From: an uncultured Nitrospiraceae bacterium
Lineage (GTDB): Bacteria > Nitrospirota > Thermodesulfovibrionia > Thermodesulfovibrionales > Dissulfurispiraceae
Assembly: GCA_963727805.1 (NCBI GenBank)
Contig: CAVSHF010000003.1
Coordinates: 288,001-352,000, forward strand
Length of the DNA stretch: 64,000 nucleotides
Direction: 5' to 3'
Below, one piece after another: positions 41,955 to 53,388 of this stretch. The notes under the pieces were generated by a model. It did not search any database, was not told where the DNA came from, and saw only the letters and a program-made list of their open reading frames with translations. Each line of letters starts with the position of its first letter. The first letter of the stretch is position 1. Made by a program: the position numbers and the translations under genes.

Positions 41955-43505
41955 ATGAATTTCGATGATTTTCAACTGAGCAAAGAGACACATAAGGCCA
42001 TTACCAAGCTTGGCTTTGAGGAACCGACGCCAATACAGGTCACCGCTATCCCGGCAATCATGAAAGGAATGGATGTAATCGGGCAGGCGCAGACCGGCAC
42101 AGGAAAGACCGCAGCCTTCGGTATTCCTATCATCGAGATGTTTCAGCGTGCCAAAAAGCCCTATGCACTTATCCTGGAGCCGACAAGGGAACTGGCGGTG
42201 CAGGTGGCTGAGGAGATCAGTAACATAAGTCTATTTAAGAAGATCCAGGTCCTGCCTGTGTACGGCGGCAAATCGATCGATACTCAGATTAGGGCCTTTA
42301 GGCGCGGCGTAGATATTGTTGTAGGAACACCGGGCCGAATTATGGACCATATGAACAGGAAAACCTTTTCCCTTTCAGATTTGAAGATTGTCGTGCTTGA
42401 CGAAGCGGATGAGATGCTTGACATGGGGTTTATCGACGATATTGAAACGATTCTCAAACAGACCCCGCCTGAAAGACAGACGCTTCTCTTTTCGGCGACG
42501 ATGCCGGAGGTGATCCTCACCATTGCGAAAAAATACATGAAGAAACCTGAAAAGATCAGGGTAAACCCAGGGAGTATGATTGTTCCCAAGATAAAGCAGG
42601 TTTTTTACGAAGTCAGAAATGAAGATAAACTCAAAGCCCTGGCGCGACTCCTCGACGTAGAGGACCCCTCTCTAGCTATTGTCTTTTGCCATACTAAACG
42701 GGATGTTGACGAAGTAAGTCAGAAGCTTCAGCATATGGGATATAACGCAGATGCGCTTCACGGAGATTATTCTCAGGCACGGCGAGAAGAGGTGATGGGA
42801 AAATTCAGGAAGGGTCAGATAGAAATCCTCGTCGCCACCGATGTTGCGGCGCGCGGACTTGATATACAAAATGTATCACACGTTATCAATTTCAGCATTC
42901 CACAGAACCCAGAAAACTATATCCACCGAATCGGCAGGACGGGTAGGGCCGGGAAAGCGGGGATTGCCATAACTCTCGTTACCCCGCGGGAGTACACCTT
43001 TCTGAGACAAATCGAAAGAAAAGCACAAACGGTGATCGGCAGGCAAAAGCTACCCTCTCTCCAGGAAGCCATCGGTGCGCAGACGAAAAATATCGAGAAT
43101 TCTATTGGATCTATCATTCAGGAAAACAGACATTCTGGATATGCCGGGATGATCAAGAGCCTTTCTGAGCGGTTCAGCTTCGCTGATATCGCCGCTGCTT
43201 CTCTCTTTGCGGCCTATGGTGAACTACCGGGAGAAATGCCCTCGCATGAGCGAGAAGAAACAACGGGAGGCAGGGTTAGACTCTTTATGACCATAGGTAG
43301 AATGGACAAGATCAATGTGACTGATATTGTCCATTCAATCGCCGCAGAGGCCAAGATTCCACAAAGGAAGATCGTTAACGTACGCGTACTTGACAAGTTC
43401 ACTTTTGTCGAGGTGCCGGAAGAGCTTGCGGATGGTATAATAGGTTCTCTGAACGACATGGTCCTGAAGGGAAGAAAGGTAAGAGTTGCGGAAGCTCGAA
43501 AATGA
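41955..43505 (+). CDS. deaD: DEAD-box RNA helicase with DbpA-type C-terminal RBD (DeaD/CshA-like)
   Basis: AQTGTGKT, PTRELA, DEAD, SAT and HRIGRTGR motifs. Confidence 0.9.
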   Translation: MNFDDFQLSKETHKAITKLGFEEPTPIQVTAIPAIMKGMDVIGQAQTGTGKTAAFGIPIIEMFQRAKKPYALILEPTRELAVQVAEEISNISLFKKIQVLPVYGGKSIDTQIRAFRRGVDIVVGTPGRIMDHMNRKTFSLSDLKIVVLDEADEMLDMGFIDDIETILKQTPPERQTLLFSATMPEVILTIAKKYMKKPEKIRVNPGSMIVPKIKQVFYEVRNEDKLKALARLLDVEDPSLAIVFCHTKRDVDEVSQKLQHMGYNADALHGDYSQARREEVMGKFRKGQIEILVATDVAARGLDIQNVSHVINFSIPQNPENYIHRIGRTGRAGKAGIAITLVTPREYTFLRQIERKAQTVIGRQKLPSLQEAIGAQTKNIENSIGSIIQENRHSGYAGMIKSLSERFSFADIAAASLFAAYGELPGEMPSHEREETTGGRVRLFMTIGRMDKINVTDIVHSIAAEAKIPQRKIVNVRVLDKFTFVEVPEELADGIIGSLNDMVLKGRKVRVAEARK

Positions 43506-43614
43506 TGGATATCTTGACAGTCGTTAGATATCCGAACGGAATGGGTGTATGCTGTGAGCGGCTCCTATATTAGGAAGCCGAAAATGAGATAACGCGAAAG
43601 GTCACCACTTCAAA

Positions 43615-44289
43615 ATGAGAATACTGCTGGTTGAAGATGAAAAGGGAGTCGCAAAGTTTGTTAAAAAAGGTCTCGAAGAAGAGCACTATACTGTAGATCA
43701 TGAAGTAAACGGAAAAGAAGCTCTCAATTATATAGCGGCCAATCAGTATGACCTTATCATTCTTGATATAATGCTCCCGGGAATGAATGGGATCGACATT
43801 TGCAGAAACATTCGATCAGAGGGGATACAGACTCCGGTAATGATGCTTACTGCACGCGAGTCGGTCGGTGACAAGGTCCAGGCCCTCGACAGCGGCGCCG
43901 ACGATTACCTTACAAAACCCTTTTCTTTTGATGAATTACTTGCACGGATACGGGCGCTTCTGAGAAGGAAAAAGGATTCGATGCCGGAACTGACTGCTGG
44001 AAAATTGCGCCTCGATGTGGCAGCCCGCAAAGTTTTTATCGGGGAGCAGGAGGCAATCATCAGTCCAAAGGAATTTGCCATCCTGCAATATCTCCTCAGG
44101 AACAAGGGGCGAGTGGTTTCGCGTACCCAGATCCTTGAGAATATCTGGGGATATGACTTTAATCCATCCACCAATGTGGTCGATGTTCATATTAAGACCT
44201 TACGTGAGAAAATAGGTCAGTTCATGCAAATCAATATTATTCGAAGTGTCAGAGGCGTCGGATATACCATAGACGTTGAGAATGAATGA
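43615..44289 (+). CDS. OmpR-family response regulator
   Basis: REC domain plus winged helix (TNVVDVHI..LR, VRGVGY). Confidence 0.95.
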   Translation: MRILLVEDEKGVAKFVKKGLEEEHYTVDHEVNGKEALNYIAANQYDLIILDIMLPGMNGIDICRNIRSEGIQTPVMMLTARESVGDKVQALDSGADDYLTKPFSFDELLARIRALLRRKKDSMPELTAGKLRLDVAARKVFIGEQEAIISPKEFAILQYLLRNKGRVVSRTQILENIWGYDFNPSTNVVDVHIKTLREKIGQFMQINIIRSVRGVGYTIDVENE

Positions 44290-44403
44290 TGCTCCTGTCC
44301 GCATGAAATTATTTTCATATAAACTTTATTGAGATTTAATCTGTTGACATTAAGATAAAATAATGTGCATCGATAGCCGGGGCGATTGCGGGAACCTGAC
44401 GAA

Positions 44404-45630
44404 ATGATTAAACCAACACAAAAAAGACTTACTATCATATTTACAACCATCATCGTTGTCTTTAATGCCCTCATTCTGGCGATCACCTTTGAGACCCTTA
44501 ATCGCAGCATGATCAAAAGTTTGAAGAGCCATATTAACAATGATGTGAGGGATGAATTTGTTGCTTATGTGAGGACTGGTGACTTTAATACTCTCGAAAG
44601 CATGAGGGAAGACGAAGTGTTTCAGGTATACAACAAAGATGGGCTTATGGTGAGCGGCACGGTTAAATTTCGCAGTTTTGATCTTGCTGTCGATCGTCAA
44701 TTACTAGCGGCGGCCTTTTCGGGCAAGCAAGAATATAGCACCGAAAAATATGGCGGTCACCGGTACTTGGTGTCATATATACCAATTAACGAAAGGTATG
44801 CTGGCAGGGTGTCATTGGCACTCACGGAGTTGGTTGGATATGAAAGAAATTTCTGGAGTCTTGTTATGCTAATGCTTCCGATCATGTTGGTTGTGTCATA
44901 CTTTGTCAGTAGGTATTTGGTTCGTCAGGCCATGAAACCTATTGCCGATGTTTTCACCTTTCAGGAGAACTTCTCCTCAAATGTCACACATGAACTTCGC
45001 TCACCGTTGGCTTCCCTCAAGGGAAACCTTGAAGTTGCCCTGAGGAAGGAAAGAAACGCAGATGAATACAGGGAGACCCTGCGATTGGGGCTGAAAGAGG
45101 TGAATCGCATCGTCGACCTGATCAACAACCTTTACATGCTTGCTTCATCAAAGTTCAAACCCCTTGATCTTCTGAAGAAGGAGGCTAATATCAGCGAGAT
45201 GATCGAGGAAATAGTTGAAGCGCGCAAGCCCGATATTCTTGCGAAACAAATTGAATTGGACTTGGCAGGTATAAGCACGGTTACGTGTATGTGCGACCAA
45301 GGTCTCATGAGGCGGGCTATCGATAACCTCATCGATAATGCGATAAAGTATACCCCGAATGGGGGTAAAATAAAGATCGGACTGGCAAAAAAGGAAAATT
45401 GCTTTAATTTCACCATCTCAAATACCTGCGAGAACATTAACAGGGATGAGATCGTGAACTTTTTTGAGCCTTTTTATCGGGGCGAGAACGCAATCAGTCG
45501 CAGTATTGATGGGAAGGGTCTAGGTCTGTATATTGCGCGTTATATCATTCGCTCGCATGGCGGAGATATAACCATCAAGACCTCCGAAGACAACGTCTGC
45601 ACGTTCGAAATATCGCGCTGCGGCAATTAG
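44404..45630 (+). CDS. Sensor histidine kinase
   Basis: Two TM helices, HELRSPL, NLIDNAIKY, FEPFYR and GLGL motifs. Confidence 0.93.
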   Translation: MIKPTQKRLTIIFTTIIVVFNALILAITFETLNRSMIKSLKSHINNDVRDEFVAYVRTGDFNTLESMREDEVFQVYNKDGLMVSGTVKFRSFDLAVDRQLLAAAFSGKQEYSTEKYGGHRYLVSYIPINERYAGRVSLALTELVGYERNFWSLVMLMLPIMLVVSYFVSRYLVRQAMKPIADVFTFQENFSSNVTHELRSPLASLKGNLEVALRKERNADEYRETLRLGLKEVNRIVDLINNLYMLASSKFKPLDLLKKEANISEMIEEIVEARKPDILAKQIELDLAGISTVTCMCDQGLMRRAIDNLIDNAIKYTPNGGKIKIGLAKKENCFNFTISNTCENINRDEIVNFFEPFYRGENAISRSIDGKGLGLYIARYIIRSHGGDITIKTSEDNVCTFEISRCGN

Positions 45631-45682
45631 CGTTTTCGCGTGTTTTCGTTGACAACCTTGAATATTATATTATATATTTAAA

Positions 45683-45775
45683 TAACCCTGGGGGAGGTAT
45701 TAACCTGAGAGTTTCCCGATTTGGGAAAGACCCCTGAACCTGATCCGGATAATTCCGGCGTAGGAAACGGGATAG
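45683..45775 (+). ncRNA. TPP riboswitch
   Basis: GGGG...CTGAGA...ACCC.TGAACCTGATCCGGATAATTCCGGCGTAGGAA upstream of thiS. Confidence 0.95.
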
Positions 45776-45787
45776 CGAGAGGCAATC

Positions 45788-45822
45788 AGCCTCTATTCCA
45801 TCCAGGGATAGAGGTTTTTTTA
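45788..45822 (+). terminator. Riboswitch expression-platform terminator
   Basis: AGCCTCTAT..ATAGAGGTT stem followed by a T run. Confidence 0.85.
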
Positions 45823-45838
45823 TTTCCGGAGAGGAGCT

Positions 45839-46036
45839 ATGAACCTTAAAGTGAATGGCGAAGAGCGACAGTCTGAAAAACGGACGTTGGCCGAACTTCT
45901 TGAAGAGTTGGAAATCATGCCCGAGCGGGTTGCTGTCGAGGTCAACCTGAAGATCATAAAAAAAGCCGACCATGACAGGTATCAATTAAGTGAAGGGGAT
46001 GTCATTGAGATAGTGAATTTTGTCGGCGGCGGATGA
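45839..46036 (+). CDS. thiS: Sulfur carrier protein ThiS
   Basis: Ends EIVNFVGGG. Confidence 0.96.
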   Translation: MNLKVNGEERQSEKRTLAELLEELEIMPERVAVEVNLKIIKKADHDRYQLSEGDVIEIVNFVGGG

Positions 46037-46109
46037 GTGCCGGACTACGCGCCTTTTAAAAAGTATGGGCGAGGAGGGGGCAAGCGAGCCCACGATAATT
46101 GGAGGGGAT

Positions 46110-46883
46110 ATGCAAAAGGATAAGTTTGTCATCAGAGACATTGAGTTTAAGTCGCGTTTCTGGATTGGCACAGGCAAGTACAGGGACTTCGAAGAGACTA
46201 CCAGGGTCATCGAGGCTTCGGGGGCTGATGTCGTTACGGTCGCCGTCCGAAGGATCAATATAACTGATAGGAACTCACCCAATCTTCTCGATTTTATCGA
46301 TCCGAAGAAATTTAAGATACTTCCCAATACAGCCGGATGTTACAATGTTGAAGACGCCCTGAGATATTCGCGCCTCGCCAGGGAGTCCGGGGTGTCTGAT
46401 ATGATTAAGCTCGAGGTGATAGGCGATGAAAAGACCTTATTCCCTGATACGATAGGTCTTTTAAAGGCCACCGAGATCCTCGCGAAAGAGGGGTTCATTG
46501 TATTTCCTTATACAAATGATGATCCCATAATGGCAAAAAGGCTTGAAGATGCCGGTGCCGCTGCGGTTATGCCACTTGGTGCGCCAATTGGTTCGGGTTT
46601 GGGCATCCGCAACCCATACAACATTAAGATAATTCTTGAAGGTGCGAATGTCCCCGTGATTGTCGATGCAGGAGTTGGCACTGCTTCTGACGCGGCCATA
46701 GCAATGGAGCTTGGATGTGACGCTGTACTGATAAACACCGCCGTCGCTGGAGCGAAAAACCCGGTGTCAATGGCAGAGGCTATAAAATATGCGGTCTGGG
46801 CCGGGAGACTAGCTTATAAAGCTGGACGAATACCCAGAAAGCTTTATGCCACAGCGAGCAGTCCACTTGAAGGAATGCTTTAG
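46110..46883 (+). CDS. thiG: Thiazole synthase
   Basis: GTGKY, LPNTAGC, IKLEV and DAGVG motifs. Confidence 0.97.
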   Translation: MQKDKFVIRDIEFKSRFWIGTGKYRDFEETTRVIEASGADVVTVAVRRINITDRNSPNLLDFIDPKKFKILPNTAGCYNVEDALRYSRLARESGVSDMIKLEVIGDEKTLFPDTIGLLKATEILAKEGFIVFPYTNDDPIMAKRLEDAGAAAVMPLGAPIGSGLGIRNPYNIKIILEGANVPVIVDAGVGTASDAAIAMELGCDAVLINTAVAGAKNPVSMAEAIKYAVWAGRLAYKAGRIPRKLYATASSPLEGML

Positions 46884-46897
46884 GATAACATTTAAAA

Positions 46898-47536
46898 GTG
46901 ATTGAATTTAGGTTGTATTTGATAACCGACAGAAGGCTTTTCTCTGCGGAGCATGACTTCACAAGAGCAGTTGAAGAGGCGCTTTCCGCAGGGGTTCGTG
47001 CGGTGCAACTGAGGGAGAAAGACCTTCCGACAAGGGATCTGCTTGAAATGGCAGAAAGGTTTAGGGAGATAACAGGGCGTTATAATGCGAAGCTATTTAT
47101 TAATGACAGGCTCGATATCGCATTAAGCGTCGAGGCTGATGGCGTCCATCTTGGACAATCGGGCATTCCTGTCCCTGCGGTGAGGGACGTCGTGAAGAAT
47201 AAGTTATTGATCGGTTGTTCAGCGCATTCGATAAGAGAAGCGTTAGAAGCAGAAGGGGGGGGCACCGATTTTATCACCTTCGGGCCGCTTTTTCATACAC
47301 CGTCAAAGCTGAAGTATGGAGAACCGCTTGGCTTGGAGGCACTGCGCGAGCTCAGTAAAAAGATTACCGTGCCGATTTTCGGTATTGGCGGAATAAAATC
47401 AGACAATATCAAAGATGTACTCGACGCTGGGGCAACAGGAGTAGCCCTGATAAGAGGCATCCTTGAAGGGCCCACCGGTCTAAATAGATCGGCTTCGGCC
47501 AGCGAGTATTTGACAAAGGTTGGTGAACTAAGATGA
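46898..47536 (+). CDS. thiE: Thiamine phosphate synthase
   Basis: VQLREK, INDR, GVHLGQ and TPSK motifs. Confidence 0.95.
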   Translation: MIEFRLYLITDRRLFSAEHDFTRAVEEALSAGVRAVQLREKDLPTRDLLEMAERFREITGRYNAKLFINDRLDIALSVEADGVHLGQSGIPVPAVRDVVKNKLLIGCSAHSIREALEAEGGGTDFITFGPLFHTPSKLKYGEPLGLEALRELSKKITVPIFGIGGIKSDNIKDVLDAGATGVALIRGILEGPTGLNRSASASEYLTKVGELR

Positions 47537-48816
47537 CCAGGATTGAACAGGCCCTGAAGGGGATCCTCACGCAAGAAATGAAGGTGGTCGCTGCAGACGA
47601 AGGAATTGCTGCTGAAAAACTAGCCTCCGATATCGGGCAGGGAGTGTCTGTTATAACTCGTAATATTCGACATGATATTAGGCCACTTGGGATAGGAAAG
47701 GGGCTTAGCACCAAAATCAATGCGAATATTGGAACTTCGAAAGATAGGATATCCTTCGATGAAGAGCTCCGGAAGCTGGAGGTCCTAGTTGAATACGGAG
47801 CTGATGCAGTGATGGATCTTTCCACTGGTGGTGCGATCAGGGATTTACGGAAAACGCTGATTGCCAAGTCTCCTATTGCCGTTGGGACGGTACCGATCTA
47901 CGATGCTATTGTGCGCACTGTTGAGCGCTATGGATCGATAGCAAAAATGACGGTCGATGAACTTTTTGAGGTTATAGAAGACCATGCCAAAGACGGCGTT
48001 GATTTTGTAACGGTACACTGCGGGGTAACCTTAAAAGCGATAGAGCGTCTCCGTGAAGACAGACGTATTCTCGATGTGGTAAGCAGGGGAGGGGCATTCC
48101 TACTTGAATGGATGATTTATAACGAAAGGGAAAACCCGTTATTTGAACAGTACGAAAGGCTCATTGAAATCGCTAAGAAATATGATGTTACTCTGAGCCT
48201 GGGTGACGGGTTCAGGCCGGGATGCATTGCCGACGCTACCGATAGAAGCCAGCTCGAAGAACTGATTACACTAGGGGAGTTGCGGGACAGAGCACTCGCT
48301 GCTGGTGTGCAATCTATCATTGAAGGGCCGGGACATGTTCCTTTGAATCAGGTTGAGCTGAATATCAAACTTCAGAAAGAAATCTGCAAAGGGGCACCTT
48401 TCTATGTACTTGGGCCGTTGGTGACCGATATTGCTATGGGCTATGATCACATTGCTGCTGCTATCGGGGGAGCTATAGCTGGGGCGGCAGGTGCTGATTT
48501 TCTCTGTTATGTTACCCCGGCAGAGCACATTCGTCTTCCCAATATCGAAGACGTCAGGGAAGGGGTAATCGCATCCAAGATAGCTGGTCATGCTGCAGAC
48601 ATCGCAAAAGGTATACCGAGTGCAATGGAGAAGGATAGGCAGATGGCCCAATGCCGAAAGAACCTCGACTGGGAGGGGCAGATATCTCACAGCTTCAATC
48701 CTGCCAGGGTGAGGGCATGGAGGGGAGAGGTGCCGCCGTCAGTCTCAGAGGTGTGCAGTATGTGCGGAGAGTTCTGTGCTATCAAGACGGTGGAGAGGGC
48801 GCTCCAGAGAAAATAG
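47533..48816 (+). CDS. thiC: Phosphomethylpyrimidine synthase
   Basis: TKINANIG, SRGG, EGPGH and CSMCGEFC motifs; lies in the thi operon. Confidence 0.95.
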   Translation: MTRIEQALKGILTQEMKVVAADEGIAAEKLASDIGQGVSVITRNIRHDIRPLGIGKGLSTKINANIGTSKDRISFDEELRKLEVLVEYGADAVMDLSTGGAIRDLRKTLIAKSPIAVGTVPIYDAIVRTVERYGSIAKMTVDELFEVIEDHAKDGVDFVTVHCGVTLKAIERLREDRRILDVVSRGGAFLLEWMIYNERENPLFEQYERLIEIAKKYDVTLSLGDGFRPGCIADATDRSQLEELITLGELRDRALAAGVQSIIEGPGHVPLNQVELNIKLQKEICKGAPFYVLGPLVTDIAMGYDHIAAAIGGAIAGAAGADFLCYVTPAEHIRLPNIEDVREGVIASKIAGHAADIAKGIPSAMEKDRQMAQCRKNLDWEGQISHSFNPARVRAWRGEVPPSVSEVCSMCGEFCAIKTVERALQRK

Positions 48817-48905
48817 ATCATATCCATTGCCTTGGCCGCTCGCGCTCCCTTGAGAGCTCAGGCATAGCTTTTAGGTACCGGCCACTTCGACATGTTATTG
48901 AATTG

Positions 48906-49454
48906 TCAGGATTCTTTGAAGAATCTGAGCCAGTCATCGAACTGCTTCAACTTATCCTCGCCGTAGCGAACGACCATTTCCCTGACCTGCGCAATCGGGC
49001 GCTCAACGGTGAGGGTTGTTTTATCTTTTGAATAGAACTTATCAGCGAAACAGATGATTTGCTCTTCGAGACTTAACGGTATCATATCACGCCTCGGCAA
49101 AGGGAAACCGTTAATGTCGATATCTTCGACCGTCAACCCGATGCCGACGTGCCTTTCACACACAAGAGCGTGGGCATCCAAGCCCTCTCTTTCGAGAAGC
49201 TCCCGACCCAGATATCCATGTGAGATATAGGGTTGTGTACCGAAGCATCCTATCTTGGGAAGGTTGGTATTGAATATGCCTATATCATGTAACAAGGCCG
49301 CCTCTTCAATAAAGCCTAAGTCGGGATCCAGACCGTGCATGCGCTTGGCGACTTCGATGGCTTTCCGGGCGACAGCCTTCCCATGTTCTATCAGGAAAAA
49401 ATAAGCCTCCGATCCGGGTTCGTAATACTTCTCTATTATCATAATCACGTCCAT
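48906..49454 (-). CDS. HD-domain (HDIG) phosphohydrolase
   Basis: LLHDIG, HG..G, CERH and ADKF motifs. Confidence 0.88.
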   Translation of the reverse strand: MDVIMIIEKYYEPGSEAYFFLIEHGKAVARKAIEVAKRMHGLDPDLGFIEEAALLHDIGIFNTNLPKIGCFGTQPYISHGYLGRELLEREGLDAHALVCERHVGIGLTVEDIDINGFPLPRRDMIPLSLEEQIICFADKFYSKDKTTLTVERPIAQVREMVVRYGEDKLKQFDDWLRFFKES

Positions 49455-49586
49455 AAATTATTATAACAATACGGCTGCAAACCGGTCATTCCTTCATCGA
49501 CACTGTTGTAATAAGCATATTTTGACTATATACTCCAAAAAGATATCCCTATTAGCTAATATTTTTACTGATAATTTGGGAGAGAT

Positions 49587-51284
49587 GTGGAACTTACCGA
49601 AAATGCGCTGAAGGTTTTGAGGGCACGTTACCTTCTGAAAGACCCGGCTGGAAACGTGATCGAGACGCCAGATGAAATGTTCAGGCGCATGGCCCAAAAT
49701 ATCGCTGCGGCGGAAAATCTATACAGTGGAGATGCAGCTCTGTGGGAGAAGAAATTCTTCGATATTCTCTCTTCCCTTAAATTCTTGCCGAACTCACCCA
49801 CTATCATGAACGCAGGCAAATCGATGGGGCAACTAGCTGCCTGTTTCGTTCTTCCAGTAGAGGACTCGATGAAGAGTATTTTCGATACCCTGAAGAACGC
49901 AGCCCTGATCCTTCAGAGCGGCGGCGGCACGGGATTTTCCTTCTCTAAATTGAGGCCGAAATCTGACATCGTAAAATCCACGGGAGGGGTTGCCAGTGGA
50001 CCTGTCTCTTTTATGAAGATATATAATGCAGCGACGGACGTCATAAAGCAGGGCGGGGCGCGGAGGGGAGCTAACATGGGCATCCTGAGGGTAGACCACC
50101 CGGATATCCTTGAGTTCATAAGGCTGAAGAGAAAGAGCGGAGAGCTGAATAATTTTAATCTTTCGGTAGCTGTAACCGATGCCTTTATGCGGGCTGTGAA
50201 CGATGATACTTTTTATGAACTGGTTAATCCCAGGTCTGCAAGGGCTACAAGCCGGGTAAAGGCGCGTGATGTTTTTAATGAGATTGTCGAGTCAGCGTGG
50301 TTGACTGGCGATCCCGGTCTTGTCTTCATTGACAGAATAAACAAGTCAAATCCGACGCCCCATATGGGTCAGTTTGACAGCACCAACCCGTGCGGTGAAC
50401 AGCCGCTCCTGCCTTTCGAGGCGTGCATTCTTGGTTCTCTAAATCTTTCGAAGTACGTCGTGGGCGAAGAGATCGATTATGTATCTCTGGGAAATGATAC
50501 GGTAACAGCAGTTAGGTTTCTTGATAATGCCATCGATGTAAATGTCTATCCGTTGCATGAGATAGAAAAGATGCATAAGGGCAATAGAAAGATAGGACTG
50601 GGCGTAATGGGCTGGGCTGATATGCTTATTATGCTGGGGCTGACGTATAATCAGAAAAAATCTTATGACCTCGCCCGTAAGGTAATGCATTTTGTAAGTG
50701 AACAGGCGAAGGTAGCCTCTGTACATCTCGCAGAGGAGCGTGGAGTATTTCCGAATTTCAAGGGTTCTATTTATGATGTTCCAGGCATGCCAAGGGTTAG
50801 AAATGCGACCCTTACAACAATAGCCCCTACAGGGACCCTTTCTATTATCGCCGGTTGTTCCAGTGGTATCGAACCGCTTTTTGCGGTTGCATACAAAAGA
50901 CTCGTCCTCGATTCTCACCTCTTCGAAGTACATCGTATATTCATAGAGATGGCCAAGCAGGAGGGTTATTATTCAGATGCAATCATGAGCCGGGTCTATA
51001 AAAAAGGTAACCTTAAGGGGATAAAGGAAATACCGCTAAAAATTCGGAGGCTTTTCAGGACAGCCCTTGAAATACCGCCGGAGGACCACCTTGAAATGCA
51101 AGCAGCCTTTCAGGAAAACATCGACAACGCAGTATCGAAAACGATAAACATGCCCAACAACTCTAAGAGGGGGGATGTCGCAAGAATATACATTCTCGCC
51201 TATGAAAAGGGGCTTAAGGGAATCACGATTTTTCGCTATGGGTCAAAATTGGGCACAATGGTCAGGTTTCCGGACGTCGATTGA
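49587..51284 (+). CDS. nrdJ: Class II (adenosylcobalamin) ribonucleotide reductase, short form
   Basis: PNSPT, ACFV, RRGANM, TNPCGEQPL, TIAPTGT and KGITIFR motifs. Confidence 0.93.
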   Translation: MELTENALKVLRARYLLKDPAGNVIETPDEMFRRMAQNIAAAENLYSGDAALWEKKFFDILSSLKFLPNSPTIMNAGKSMGQLAACFVLPVEDSMKSIFDTLKNAALILQSGGGTGFSFSKLRPKSDIVKSTGGVASGPVSFMKIYNAATDVIKQGGARRGANMGILRVDHPDILEFIRLKRKSGELNNFNLSVAVTDAFMRAVNDDTFYELVNPRSARATSRVKARDVFNEIVESAWLTGDPGLVFIDRINKSNPTPHMGQFDSTNPCGEQPLLPFEACILGSLNLSKYVVGEEIDYVSLGNDTVTAVRFLDNAIDVNVYPLHEIEKMHKGNRKIGLGVMGWADMLIMLGLTYNQKKSYDLARKVMHFVSEQAKVASVHLAEERGVFPNFKGSIYDVPGMPRVRNATLTTIAPTGTLSIIAGCSSGIEPLFAVAYKRLVLDSHLFEVHRIFIEMAKQEGYYSDAIMSRVYKKGNLKGIKEIPLKIRRLFRTALEIPPEDHLEMQAAFQENIDNAVSKTINMPNNSKRGDVARIYILAYEKGLKGITIFRYGSKLGTMVRFPDVD

Positions 51285-51396
51285 GGGCCAGAAGAATCCG
51301 ATCATATTTACCGAACGTTTAGTAGAATCATGTTATTATAATGTCGCTGACCGCCGTTCATACTGCTTCGATTTCTAGCATGATGGGAGGACCTAT

Positions 51397-52113
51397 ATGA
51401 TACTCGGTGTCAATGTTGACCATGTCGCCACTGTTCGGCAGGCCCGCCGGGGCCTTGAGCCTGATCCGGTAACGGCTGCGGCACTTGCTCTTCTTGGAGG
51501 GGCCGACGGAATCACCGTGCATTTGAGGGAAGACAGACGGCATATTCAGGATAGAGATGTAAAGATGCTACGAGAAACTGTTACATGTGAATTGAATCTC
51601 GAAATGGCAGCCACGCAAGAGATGGTGCGCATTGCCCTTGAGGTCAGACCGGAAATGGTAACTCTGGTTCCCGAAAAGAGGCTTGAGCTTACGACCGAGG
51701 GCGGTCTCGATGTCATCGGACAAAAAGAGCATATCAGGGAAACCGTTACGAAGCTGCATGAGGCCGGGATTCCGGTCAGTCTCTTCATCAATCCAAACAT
51801 CCTGGATGTCGATGTCTCGAAGGAAACTGGTGCAGACATGATCGAACTCCATACCGGTCTTTATGCCAATGCAATAGGTGTAAGGGCAAATGATGAACTC
51901 CACAGGGTTATTGAAGCTGTAAAAATCGCAGGGGACCTTGGCCTTTCGGTTAACGCCGGACACGGCCTCAATTATGTGAATGTCCGTGGAATTGCTTCGA
52001 TAGAAGGCCTCAGGGGCTTATATATAGGCCACAGCATTGTATCGAGGGCTGTGCTTGTTGGTATCGAACGTTCAGTAAGAGAGATGAAATATCTGATTGA
52101 GAAGTGCAGATGA
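51397..52113 (+). CDS. pdxJ: Pyridoxine 5'-phosphate synthase
   Basis: [18 protein letters not shown] and TTEGGLD motifs. Confidence 0.97.
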   Translation: MILGVNVDHVATVRQARRGLEPDPVTAAALALLGGADGITVHLREDRRHIQDRDVKMLRETVTCELNLEMAATQEMVRIALEVRPEMVTLVPEKRLELTTEGGLDVIGQKEHIRETVTKLHEAGIPVSLFINPNILDVDVSKETGADMIELHTGLYANAIGVRANDELHRVIEAVKIAGDLGLSVNAGHGLNYVNVRGIASIEGLRGLYIGHSIVSRAVLVGIERSVREMKYLIEKCR

Positions 52114-52487
52114 TCTGCGGCATAGGCACGGACATCTCTGAGATTAGGCGTATGCGAGAAGCGGTCGATAAATGGGGAAGGAAGTTCCTCAAGCGTATTT
52201 TCAGTGACAAGGAAATCGACTACTGTTACTCCAGGCGAGATCCTTACCCTCACCTATCGGCCCGCTTCGCCGCCAAAGAAGCGACGGTTAAGGCGTTGTC
52301 ATGCGTAGCAAAGGACCGTCATATATATGTTGGCGATATTGAGGTGCTCAACGAGACCTCCGGCAGGCCTTACATTATTCTTGGTGATGATATGAAGGGT
52401 ATAGTCGGCAACATCATCCTTCATCTAACTATTTCTCACGAGAGAAACTACGCCTTGGCGACAGTCATTGCTGAGCAGCTTGATTGA
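52110..52487 (+). CDS. acpS: Holo-ACP synthase
   Basis: GIGTD, RFAAKEA and ISHE motifs. Confidence 0.95.
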   Translation: MICGIGTDISEIRRMREAVDKWGRKFLKRIFSDKEIDYCYSRRDPYPHLSARFAAKEATVKALSCVAKDRHIYVGDIEVLNETSGRPYIILGDDMKGIVGNIILHLTISHERNYALATVIAEQLD

Positions 52488-52605
52488 TCGTCCTGTCTTA
52501 ATCCGGCTGCCTCTAGAGCTTGCTGCTATATGCTTGAAATAATGGCGAAATAAAGGGTATAATTTTAATTCAGTTTTGAGATTTCGGCAGAAGGGGAGGT
52601 TTTCT

Positions 52606-53388
52606 GTGAATTGTATTGTTTGTATAAAACAGGTGCCTGATACCGCTGAGGTGCGGATAAATCCAGAGACCAATACGCTCATCAGGGAAGGTGTTCCGAG
52701 TATCATAAATCCCTTTGATCTCCATGCTGTCGAGGCAGCCCTTCAGGTCCGCGAAAAGGTCGGAGGAAAGGTTACCGTTATTACTATGGGACCACCTCAG
52801 GCCGAAGATGCTCTCAGGGAAGCGGTTTCGATGGGCGTTGACGAAGTCAGGCTCATATCCGACAGGGCCTTTGCCGGTTCAGATACTTGGGCTACATCAT
52901 ATACTCTTTCAAAAGCAATTGAGAAACTTGGATTCGATATCATATTTTGCGGAAAGCAGGCTATCGATGGGGACACTGCTCAGGTAGGTCCGGAAATAGC
53001 GGAATTCCTTAATATCCCGCACATAGCTTATGTAAAGAAGGTCGAAGATATAGGCGCAAGTTCCGTCAAGGTTCATCGCCTTATGGACGATGGATATGAT
53101 GTTGTGGAATCGACAGTGCCGGTGCTTCTCACCGTGGTCAAGGAGATTAATACGCCACGTCTTCCTTCATTAAAGGGAAAGATGGCTGCTAAGAAGGCGA
53201 TAATCACAAAGATGGATGCCCATGCTATTGGAGCAGAGGAAGAGAATCTCGGACTAAAAGGGTCACCGACCCAGGTGAAGAACATTTTTGCTCCTCAATC
53301 GAAGGTTAACAGAAAGGCCCTTGAAGGGACCCTTGAACAGCAGGTGGATGCGCTGCTCGAAGAGTTGAGGAGAATGAAATGCGTATAA
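52606..53388 (+). CDS. etfB: Electron transfer flavoprotein beta subunit
   Basis: KQVPD, NPFD and GKQAIDGDTAQVGP motifs. Confidence 0.95.
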   Translation: MNCIVCIKQVPDTAEVRINPETNTLIREGVPSIINPFDLHAVEAALQVREKVGGKVTVITMGPPQAEDALREAVSMGVDEVRLISDRAFAGSDTWATSYTLSKAIEKLGFDIIFCGKQAIDGDTAQVGPEIAEFLNIPHIAYVKKVEDIGASSVKVHRLMDDGYDVVESTVPVLLTVVKEINTPRLPSLKGKMAAKKAIITKMDAHAIGAEEENLGLKGSPTQVKNIFAPQSKVNRKALEGTLEQQVDALLEELRRMKCV

